Positions 14,828-21,906 of a stretch of 24,000 nucleotides of DNA are shown here, in pieces (position 1 is the stretch's first letter; each line of letters starts with the position of its first letter). The notes under the pieces were generated by a model. That model worked only from the letters and a program-made list of their open reading frames with translations. It did not search any database and was not told the origin of the DNA. The translations under genes were made by a program, and so were the position numbers. Origin of the DNA: Vescimonas coprocola (GTDB lineage Bacteria; Bacillota; Clostridia; Oscillospirales; Oscillospiraceae); contig NZ_AP023418.1 of assembly GCF_018408575.1 (NCBI RefSeq), positions 872,415 to 896,414 on the forward strand, read 5' to 3'.

Positions 14828-14856
14828 ATCATAACAGGCGAACAAATGTTTGTCAA
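14828..14856 (-). promoter_or_regulatory. Near-consensus sigma-A promoter (promoter A)
   Basis: The minus strand reads TTGACA (14856-14851), AACATTTGTTCGCCTGT (17 nt), TATGAT (14833-14828). Confidence 0.65.
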
Positions 14857-14876
14857 GTAAGTCATCATGTCGTGTG

Positions 14877-14920
14877 GCTCAATCAACCCCTCCCTCTTTA
14901 GCCGGAGGGGTTGATTGAGC
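14877..14920 (-). terminator. 17-bp perfect hairpin about 100 nt downstream of sigF
   Basis: GCTCAATCAACCCCTCC-N10-GGAGGGGTTGATTGAGC. There is no U-tract, so its function as a terminator is uncertain. Confidence 0.35.
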
Positions 14921-15022
14921 CTATAAGAACCTATTACGGATTAGAAACTTGAAGCTTGCGTGATATCTTTGATACTCCAGCAGCGATATCGTTAAATACT
15001 TCCCAAATACTTCTAAATCCCG

Positions 15023-15727
15023 TCACGCTTCTAAAATTTCCCGGAGCTTTGCCAGTCCCTTGCGCTCCAAGCGGGACACCTGTACCTGAGATACCTTCAG
15101 GATACGGGCAGCTTGCTCCTGTGTCATTCCCCGAAAAAAACGCAGAAGTATGGTGATCCTTTCCCGCTCCGGCAGGCTGTCGATGGCTTCCCGCAGCGCT
15201 ATTTTTTCTACCATCCCCTCCTCCGGGCTGTCTGTCCCCAAGGTGGATTCCAGCGTCAGGCCGTCGATGGTCTCCTGCTGGAGGGATTCCAGCGGCCCGT
15301 TGGCCAACTTTACGGCGGCGACCTCCTCCACAGTCATTCCCGTCTCCTGCGCCAATTCTGACAGCTGCGGTTCCCTCCCCAGTGTATGGCGCAATCGTTC
15401 ACGTGTATAAAACAGGGTCTGGCCCTTTTCCCGGAGGCTGCGGCCCACCTTGACGGAGCCGTCATCCCGGAGAAAACGGCGGATCTCACCGGCAATTTTG
15501 GGGACGGCGTAGGTGGAAAACTGCGTTCCATATGTGAGGTCAAATCCCTTTACAGCCTTGATAAAACCAATACATCCCAGCTGGTAGAGGTCGTCTGTGT
15601 CCACGCCGCAGCCGCTGTATCGCTTGACGATGCTCCAGATAAGCCCCACATTTTCCGTCAACACCTGCTGACAGGCGTCATTGTCGCCATTCTGCGCCCG
15701 ATCCAACAGCGTCAGCAGCTCGCTCAT
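15023..15727 (-). CDS. sigF: Sporulation sigma factor F
   Basis: A 234-aa sigma-70 family protein (regions 2-4: DLYQLGCIGFIKAVKGFD, FSTYAVPKIAGEIRRFLRD). It is the third gene after spoIIAA-spoIIAB and has a 4-nt overlap with spoIIAB. Confidence 0.93.
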   Translation of the reverse strand: MSELLTLLDRAQNGDNDACQQVLTENVGLIWSIVKRYSGCGVDTDDLYQLGCIGFIKAVKGFDLTYGTQFSTYAVPKIAGEIRRFLRDDGSVKVGRSLREKGQTLFYTRERLRHTLGREPQLSELAQETGMTVEEVAAVKLANGPLESLQQETIDGLTLESTLGTDSPEEGMVEKIALREAIDSLPERERITILLRFFRGMTQEQAARILKVSQVQVSRLERKGLAKLREILEA

Positions 15728-16173
15728 CGCTTCGCCGGGACACGGGAGGCGATACGCTTACGCATGGTGACGGTGGTTCCCTTGCCGGGGGCAGACTTTA
15801 CCGCCAGTTGATTCATAAAGCTCTCCATGATGGTGAAGCCCATACCGCTGCGCTCCTCGCCGCCGGTGGTGAACAGCGGCTGCCGGGCCTGCTCCACGTC
15901 CTCCATGCCGCAGCCCCAGTCACGAATTACCAACTCCAGCGTCTGATTTTCCAGCATCCGCAGCTTCATGACGATCTTCCCCAGCTGATTTGGATAGGCG
16001 TGGACGATGGCGTTAGTCACTGCCTCGCTGACGGCGGTTTTGATGTCTCCCAGCTCGTCCAGCGTAGGATCCAGCTGGGCGGCAAAGGCCGCTGCGGCCA
16101 GACGGGCAAAGCCCTCGTTGCTGCTGCGGCTCAAAAATTCCAAGGTCACATAGTTCTCCGGTCTCCGCTTCAT
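15724..16173 (-). CDS. spoIIAB: Anti-sigma F factor (serine kinase)
   Basis: It has a HATPase-type fold with motifs EAVTNAIVHAY and DWGCGMEDVEQARQPLFTT...SGMGFTIM, and its operon position fits. Confidence 0.93.
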   Translation of the reverse strand: MKRRPENYVTLEFLSRSSNEGFARLAAAAFAAQLDPTLDELGDIKTAVSEAVTNAIVHAYPNQLGKIVMKLRMLENQTLELVIRDWGCGMEDVEQARQPLFTTGGEERSGMGFTIMESFMNQLAVKSAPGKGTTVTMRKRIASRVPAKR

Positions 16174-16186
16174 ATGTACTCCCCTC

Positions 16187-16492
16187 TCATCGTATGGTCA
16201 GATAACGTTGGAGCCCCGCCGCATCCAGCACTCGGCGGGCCTGTGCTGCGGCACCGCAGACATCTGCCGTGCCGCCCAGCTCCTGCATCCGCTGCCGGGC
16301 CCGGATCAGCAGGGCGATGCCGGAGCTGTCCATAAAGGTCACGCCGGAGAGATCCAGCGTCAGCTGTGTAGGCAGGGCCTTCTCAATCTCCTGATCCAGC
16401 CGCCGCAGGAGCCCCTTAGCGCTGTGGTGGTCCAGCTCACCTGAGAGGCGGATGCAGATATGGCGGGCCTCGCATTTTACAGAAACTTCCAT
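16187..16492 (-). CDS. spoIIAA: Anti-sigma F factor antagonist (STAS domain)
   Basis: The motif LDLSGVTFMDSSGIALLI is present. Start chosen at MEVSVKCE, after GAAGGAG. Confidence 0.9.
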   Translation of the reverse strand: MEVSVKCEARHICIRLSGELDHHSAKGLLRRLDQEIEKALPTQLTLDLSGVTFMDSSGIALLIRARQRMQELGGTADVCGAAAQARRVLDAAGLQRYLTIR

Positions 16493-16520
16493 TGGGATCG
16501 CTCCTTCGTGCAAAAAATAA

Positions 16521-16552
16521 AATCACCGCAGATCCTTCGATCTGCGGTGATT
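16521..16552 (-). terminator. valS intrinsic terminator
   Basis: The minus strand reads AATCACCGCAGATC-GAAG-GATCTGCGGTGATT followed by TTATTTTTT. Confidence 0.75.
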
Positions 16553-16601
16553 ATACATGATGAAGCGGTTATTTTCTGTCAAAAACGGGGGCTTGGAAAA
16601 A

Positions 16602-19235
16602 TTAGCCACGCATGGCCGCCGCGGACTCCCCCAGCTTGGCGATCAGCGCACGGGCCTTGTCAGCCTTCTCCCGCTCGGCATTGACCACGGCCTCCGGGGC
16701 CTTGGACACGAAGCTCTCGTTTTGCAGCTTCTTCTCGATGCGGGCCAGATTCTCCTCTGCCTTGGTTTTCTCCTTGGCGATGCGCTCCAACTCCTGCCGG
16801 ATGTCCACCAGCTCCGCCAGAGGCAGATAGAGGGTGGCGTTGTGGGTGGCCACGGTGACCATACCCTTCAGATCCTCCGGAGACTGCGCCTGAACCTCCA
16901 CCTCGCTGGCGTAGGCCAGCCGCATGATGAAGTCCCGGCCGCCGGCATAGATATCCGGGGTCTGGGTGACGATAAGGATCTTGGCCTTCCGGGAGGGCGG
17001 CACGTTCATCTCGGAGCGCCGGGCTCGGACGGCGGAAATGGCGTCCTTCACCGCCTCCATGGCGTTTTCCTCCTGAGTGAAGGCGAAGCGCTCCTGATAC
17101 TCCGGCCACTGGGCCTGGATCAGGAAGTCGCCCTCGTGGGGCAGCGCCTGCCAGATCTCCTCGGTGATGAAGGGCATGAAGGGATGCAGCAGCTCCAGCA
17201 CCCGCAGCAGCACATAGCACAGCACGTTCTGAGCCGCCAGCTTGGCCTCCTCGTCCTCGCCGTACAACCGGGCCTTGGTAAGCTCGATGTACCAGTCGCA
17301 GTAGGTGTCCCAAATGAAGTCGTAGATCTTGGCGGAGGCCACGCCCAGTTCATAGGCCTCCATATTATCCGTGACCTCCCGGATGAGGGTATTCAGCTTG
17401 CTGAGAACCCACTTGTCCTCCAGCTCCAGCTGCTCCGGTAGCTGTACATGGTCGATGGTGAGGTTCATCATCACATAGCGGGAGGCATTCCAGATCTTAT
17501 TGGCAAAGTTCCGCATGGCCTCACACTTCTCCACAAAGAAGCGCATATCGTTGCCGGGGCTATTGCCGGTGATGAGGTTGAAGCGCAGGGCATCGGCACC
17601 GAACTTGTCCGCCATCTCCAGCGGGTCAATGCCGTTGCCGAGAGACTTGGACATCTTGCGGCCCTTGTCATCCCGGACCAGACCGTGGATGAACACCGTC
17701 TTGAAGGGCTCCTGCTTCATCTGCTCCATGCCGGAGAAGATCATACGGGCCACCCAGAAGAAGATGATATCGTAGCCGGTGACCAGCACGGAGGTGGGGT
17801 ACCAGTACCTCAGGTCCTCGGAGTCCTTGTTGGGCCAGCCCAGCGTGGAGAAGGGCCACAGGGCGGAGCTGAACCATGTATCCAGCACGTCCTCCTCACG
17901 GGTCAGGTGGGTGCAGTCGCACTTTTCGCACCGGGTGGGATCCTGACGGCTGACGTTGATGTGTCCGCACTCGTCGCAGTACCATGCGGGAATCTGGTGG
18001 CCCCACCACAGCTGACGGGAGATGCACCAGTCATGGACGTTCTCCATCCAGTTGGTATAGGTTTTGGTAAAGCGCTCCGGCACAAACTTGATGGTGCCGT
18101 CCTTCACCACCCGGATGGCCTCCTTGGCCAGAGGCTCCATCTTCACGAACCACTGGGCGGAGATCAGGGGCTCCACGTCGTTGTGGCAGCGGTAGCAAGT
18201 GCCGACGTTGTGGGAATAGGGCTCGGTCTTGACCAGATATCCCTGCTCCTCCAGATCCTTGACGATGGCTTTGCGGCACTCGTAGCGGTCCATGCCGTTG
18301 TACTTGCCGCCGTTTTCGTTGATGGTGCCGTCGTCGTTGATGACACGGATCACCTCCAGATTGTGGCGCAGACCCACCTCGAAGTCGTTGGGATCGTGGG
18401 CAGGGGTCATCTTCACAGCACCGGTACCGAAGCCGATCTCGCAGTAATCATCACCCACAATGGGGATCTCACGGTTCATGATGGGCAGGATGCAGGTCTT
18501 GCCGATGAGGTGCTTGAAGTGCTCGTCCTCCGGGTTTACCGCCACACCGGTGTCGCCCATCATGGTCTCAGGCCGGGTGGTGGCCACCACGATATCGCCG
18601 CTGCCGTCGGCCAACGGGTAGCGGATATGCCACAGGTGGCCGGGCTTGTCGGTATACTCCACCTCGGCGTCGGACAGCGCCGTCAGGCAGTGGGGGCACC
18701 AGTTGATGATGCGGCTTCCCTTGTAGATGAGGCCCTTGTCATACAGCTCGCAGAAGGCCTCACGCACCGCCTGAGAGCAGCCCTCGTCCATGGTGAACCG
18801 GGAGCGGGACCAGTCACAGGAGGCACCCATCTTCTTCTGCTGCTCCACGATACGGTTGCCGTACTTCTCCTTCCAGGCCCAGACACGCTCCAGGAACTTT
18901 TCACGACCCAGATCATAGCGGGTCAGGTGCTCCTCCTCCCGCAGTCGCTCCTCCACCTTGATCTGGGTGGCGATACCGGCGTGGTCGGTGCCGGGAAGCC
19001 ACAGGGCGGAATAGCCCTGCATCCGCTTAAAGCGGGTGAGGATATCCTGCAGCGTGGAGTCCATGGCGTGGCCCATGTGCAGCTGGCCGGTGACGTTGGG
19101 GGGAGGCATGACAATGGAAAAAGGCTTCTTCTTCGGGTCGGGGTCCGCCTTGAAGCAGCCGTTGTCCATCCACATCTGATAGATCTGCGGCTCCACCTCA
19201 CGGGGATCGTATACCTTCGGCAATTCTTTACGCAT
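16602..19235 (-). CDS. valS: Valine--tRNA ligase
   Basis: Start chosen at [11 protein letters not shown], after AAGGAGAG. The class I motifs [13 protein letters not shown] and KMSKS are present, along with a C-terminal coiled coil. The upstream 39 codons of the track ORF fall inside the T-box leader. Confidence 0.97.
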   Translation of the reverse strand: MRKELPKVYDPREVEPQIYQMWMDNGCFKADPDPKKKPFSIVMPPPNVTGQLHMGHAMDSTLQDILTRFKRMQGYSALWLPGTDHAGIATQIKVEERLREEEHLTRYDLGREKFLERVWAWKEKYGNRIVEQQKKMGASCDWSRSRFTMDEGCSQAVREAFCELYDKGLIYKGSRIINWCPHCLTALSDAEVEYTDKPGHLWHIRYPLADGSGDIVVATTRPETMMGDTGVAVNPEDEHFKHLIGKTCILPIMNREIPIVGDDYCEIGFGTGAVKMTPAHDPNDFEVGLRHNLEVIRVINDDGTINENGGKYNGMDRYECRKAIVKDLEEQGYLVKTEPYSHNVGTCYRCHNDVEPLISAQWFVKMEPLAKEAIRVVKDGTIKFVPERFTKTYTNWMENVHDWCISRQLWWGHQIPAWYCDECGHINVSRQDPTRCEKCDCTHLTREEDVLDTWFSSALWPFSTLGWPNKDSEDLRYWYPTSVLVTGYDIIFFWVARMIFSGMEQMKQEPFKTVFIHGLVRDDKGRKMSKSLGNGIDPLEMADKFGADALRFNLITGNSPGNDMRFFVEKCEAMRNFANKIWNASRYVMMNLTIDHVQLPEQLELEDKWVLSKLNTLIREVTDNMEAYELGVASAKIYDFIWDTYCDWYIELTKARLYGEDEEAKLAAQNVLCYVLLRVLELLHPFMPFITEEIWQALPHEGDFLIQAQWPEYQERFAFTQEENAMEAVKDAISAVRARRSEMNVPPSRKAKILIVTQTPDIYAGGRDFIMRLAYASEVEVQAQSPEDLKGMVTVATHNATLYLPLAELVDIRQELERIAKEKTKAEENLARIEKKLQNESFVSKAPEAVVNAEREKADKARALIAKLGESAAAMRG

Positions 19236-19268
19236 ATGTTCTCTCCTTCTGATTTGGATTTTATCATC

Positions 19269-19530
19269 AAAAAAACCGCCCCGCTCCGCCGATGCGGAAC
19301 AGGACGGACTGTGATCCGTGGTACCACCTGTTGTTCGGGATGACTCCCGCACTCATGGGGCAAGCGCCCCGCCCCGATAACGGAGGGCAAACCGTTGGGA
19401 CCTACTGCCGTGTTCAGTCCAAGGCTCCGGGACGACTTGGGCGGCGCATCACGGGAGCTTACACCCACCGCTCCCTCTCTTGGCTTCCGCACTCCGCTTA
19501 CTGCTTCCCTTCTGTGCCGTTACACAATAT
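19269..19530 (-). promoter_or_regulatory. T-box leader (tRNA-sensing riboswitch) of valS
   Basis: The minus strand carries AACAACAGGTGGTACCACGG (T-box, plus-strand coordinates 19316-19328). A terminator follows (CCTGTTCCGC-ATCG-GCGGAGCGGG, then T7). An AGAGA element is present. The candidate specifier is GUC (Val), at plus-strand 19434-19436. Confidence 0.85.
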
Positions 19531-19536
19531 ATATGC

Positions 19537-19565
19537 AGTATAATACACTCCCGGAAAAAAGTCAA
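19537..19565 (-). promoter_or_regulatory. valS leader promoter
   Basis: The minus strand reads TTGACT, a 17-nt spacer, TATACT. Confidence 0.6.
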
Positions 19566-19592
19566 GTTCCCCTTTCCCTTTGGGCGGGGCGG

Positions 19593-19601
19593 TGTTATAA
19601 T
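19593..19601 (+). promoter_or_regulatory. Extended -10 promoter element for the downstream gene
   Basis: TG-T-TATAAT lies 30 nt upstream of the TTG start. The -35 is weak. Confidence 0.45.
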
Positions 19602-19630
19602 AGGGAGTATCTAAGAGAGGGGGCGCCGCC

Positions 19631-20200
19631 TTGCATATTCTGGAGCATTTGCGTACCGTGAACCGACACCGCCATCTGGTGCGGAAATACTGCTTCCGGT
19701 TGGGACTGTACTGGCAGGGACTGACCCATGATCTCAGCAAATACAGCCCCACGGAGTTCTGGCGCAGCGCCAAATACTATCAGGGCTACCGCAGTCCCAA
19801 CGATCAGGAGCGGCTGGTCAACGGCGTCAGCCTGTCATGGCTCCACCACAAGGGCCGCAACCGCCACCATTTTGAATATTGGATCGACTACTGCCGGGGC
19901 GAGGACGGAACGCCCTTCATCGGTGGCTGCAAGATGCCGGTGAAGTATGTGGCGGAGATGTTCTGTGACCGCATCGCCGCCTGCCGGGTGTATCAGAAGG
20001 AGAAATACACCGATGCCTCTCCCTACGACTATTTCCAGCACTCCAAGGGGCATCTGTGCCGGTCGGAGCACGGTCACGGCTTCATCCATCCGGAGACCAG
20101 CGAGCTGCTGACCCGGTGGCTGCTGCTTCTGAAGGAGCAGGGTGAGGATGCCGCTTTCCGACAGATCCGGCAGGAGCTGAAGGAGCTGCGAAGGTCATAA
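19631..20200 (+). CDS. DUF5662-like conserved protein (often mis-annotated as catalase)
   Basis: The protein reads MHILEHLRTVNRHRHLVRKYCFRLGLYWQGLTHDLSKYSPTEF...WLHHKGRNRHHFEYW, which I recognise as this family. It has a TTG start following GAGAGGGGG. Confidence 0.7.
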   Translation: MHILEHLRTVNRHRHLVRKYCFRLGLYWQGLTHDLSKYSPTEFWRSAKYYQGYRSPNDQERLVNGVSLSWLHHKGRNRHHFEYWIDYCRGEDGTPFIGGCKMPVKYVAEMFCDRIAACRVYQKEKYTDASPYDYFQHSKGHLCRSEHGHGFIHPETSELLTRWLLLLKEQGEDAAFRQIRQELKELRRS

Positions 20201-20219
20201 ATGCCGGGCAAAAGCTGCT

Positions 20220-20254
20220 GCCGACCCAATAGATCGGGGTGGCTTTTCCTTTTC
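20220..20254 (+). terminator. Hairpin plus T-run after the DUF5662-like gene
   Basis: GCCGACCC-N8-GGGGTGGC followed by TTTTCCTTTT. Confidence 0.5.
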
Positions 20255-20413
20255 GGTGTTTTTCACAGGCTTTCCTTTGATTTATACAGCATATTGAACA
20301 ATTTCTATGTAGGGAATCCCATTAAAAAATGGCAGCAGCAGGGGTTGTGGAAGGATGTGCGCCGTGATATACTGTATGATCGTGAGAGGAAAAATGATGA
20401 AAAAGAGGAACAT

Positions 20414-21787
20414 ATGATGGAGAAAAACGGGAAAAAAAGTTTATTTTCGATTGAAATAACCACAGGGTCCCTGTGGAAAAATATTCTGCTGTTCAGCCTG
20501 CCGCTGATGATGACGCAGGTGCTGGAGGTGCTGTTCAACCTCAGCGACGTGGCCATTGCCGGTAAATTTGCCGACTATCTGGCGCTGGGCGCTGTGGGCT
20601 CCACCACTCTGCTGGTATCCCTGTTTACGGGACTGCTCATTGGCATCGGCAGCGGTGTCAATGTGGTCGTGGCCCGTGGACTGGGGCTGGGCAGTCATGA
20701 GGACGTGGAGAAGACCATCCACACCTCCCTGCTCATCTGCAGCGGTATCGGTATCGTGGTGTGCCTGGTCTGTCTGCTGCTGGCGAAGCCCATGCTGCTG
20801 CTGCTGAATACCAAGGAGGAGTTGCTGCCCGGCGCCGTGGGGTATCTGCGGATCTACGCTCTGGGTATGCCGGCCATGGCGGTATACAACTTCGGCAATG
20901 GTGTCCTCAGTGCCGCCGGGGACACAAAGCGGCCTCTGCTGTATCTGAGCATTGCCGGCGTGGTGAATGTGGCCCTGAACCTGTTCTTTGTGATCCAGTG
21001 CCACATGGCCGCCCTCGGTGTGGCCATCGCCAGCGCCATCGCCCAGTGGCTGTCCGCTCTGCTGATCATGCGGCATCTGATGAGCCAAAAGGATGCCTGC
21101 AGAGTGCATCTGAAAAAGCTGTGCATCGACAAGGCCGCCGCCAAGCGGGTGCTGATGATCGGCATCCCCTCCGGCCTGCAAAACGCCATCTTTGCCGTTG
21201 CAAACCTCTTCGTACAGATCGGCGTCAACAGCTTCGATTCGGTGATGGTATCCGGTAGCTCGGCAGCTGCCAACGCCGATACGCTGATCTTCAATATGAT
21301 GTCTGCCTTCTATACTGGCTGTGCCACCTTTGTCAGCCGCAACTGGGGTGCCGGAAAGACGGATCGTATCCTCAAGAGCTACCGTATCGTTCTGCTGTAT
21401 TCCTTTCTGGTGGGCAGCATCTGCGGCGGACTGCTGCTGCTGTTCGGAGACAAGTTCCTTGGACTTTTCGCCAATGAGGCGGACGTGATCGCCGCCGGTA
21501 TGCAGCGGCTGAAGATCATGGGCTTCTCCTTCGGCGTCAGCGCCCTGATGGACGCCAGCATTGCCGCCTCCCGTGGAATTGGGCGCAGCATCATCCCCAC
21601 CATCATCGTCATCATGGGCTCCTGCGTGTTCCGGGTCATCTGGGTGTACACGGTGTTCGCCTACTTCGGCACCATCCCCTCCCTGTTCCTGCTGTACATC
21701 TTCTCCTGGGCCATCACGGGCATTGCCGAGTGGGCCTACTTCCGGCACAGCTACAAGAAATACATCCTGCACGGACAAATATGGTAA
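20414..21787 (+). CDS. MATE family efflux transporter
   Basis: Start chosen at MMEKNGKK. The N-terminus is LWKNILLFSLPLMMTQVLEVLFNLSDVAIAGKF. The protein is ~457 aa and polytopic. The upstream 71 codons of the track ORF contain the preceding terminator. Confidence 0.9.
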   Translation: MMEKNGKKSLFSIEITTGSLWKNILLFSLPLMMTQVLEVLFNLSDVAIAGKFADYLALGAVGSTTLLVSLFTGLLIGIGSGVNVVVARGLGLGSHEDVEKTIHTSLLICSGIGIVVCLVCLLLAKPMLLLLNTKEELLPGAVGYLRIYALGMPAMAVYNFGNGVLSAAGDTKRPLLYLSIAGVVNVALNLFFVIQCHMAALGVAIASAIAQWLSALLIMRHLMSQKDACRVHLKKLCIDKAAAKRVLMIGIPSGLQNAIFAVANLFVQIGVNSFDSVMVSGSSAAANADTLIFNMMSAFYTGCATFVSRNWGAGKTDRILKSYRIVLLYSFLVGSICGGLLLLFGDKFLGLFANEADVIAAGMQRLKIMGFSFGVSALMDASIAASRGIGRSIIPTIIVIMGSCVFRVIWVYTVFAYFGTIPSLFLLYIFSWAITGIAEWAYFRHSYKKYILHGQIW

Positions 21788-21792
21788 ACGAA

Positions 21793-21828
21793 CGCCCCGG
21801 CCAGTTGACTGACCGGGGTGTCTTTTTT
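21793..21828 (+). terminator. MATE gene terminator
   Basis: GCCCCGGCCA-N6-TGACCGGGGTG followed by TCTTTTTT. Confidence 0.65.
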
Positions 21829-21851
21829 CGGTTCTGGTTGCACATACAAAC

Positions 21852-21884
21852 AACTGGCCCTCCGGCATACTCGGAGGGCCAGTT
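21852..21884 (-). terminator. Hairpin downstream of the ispH-S1 gene
   Basis: AACTGGCCCTCCG-N7-CGGAGGGCCAGTT. Confidence 0.55.
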
Positions 21885-21906
21885 TTACAGCTTATTCAGG
21901 ATACGC

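Noticed and set aside
13602-14834. Track ORFs inside the gap: 13602-13865, 13640-13837, 13671-13859, 14102-14380, 14308-14613, 14355-14579 and 14625-14834.
   Set aside because: None has an RBS. They traverse palindromes, terminators and the GC hairpin domain. Their products are compositionally odd (Arg/Cys/Pro-rich or low complexity) and several overlap each other.
17448-19343. Long antisense or alternative-frame ORFs opposite real genes. Examples are 17448-19343 and 16557-17441 opposite valS, 20441-21868 opposite the MATE gene, and 21730-22938 opposite ispH-S1. Others are 6063-7148, 8636-9274, 10595-11341, 11867-12610, 12719-13552 and 242-979.
   Set aside because: These are classic shadow ORFs of high-GC coding regions. 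Their products are Gly/His/Leu/Arg/Gln-rich and low in complexity with no motifs. Each lies opposite a gene with clear family signatures.
19236-19352. N-terminal extensions of track ORFs: valS to 19352, yeeE to 11572, MATE from 20201, resolvase to 3698, tetR to 8522 and spoIIAA to 16513.
   Set aside because: In each case an internal ATG with a proper Shine-Dalgarno sequence matches the family's usual N-terminus. The extension also covers a leader, terminator or RBS sequence.
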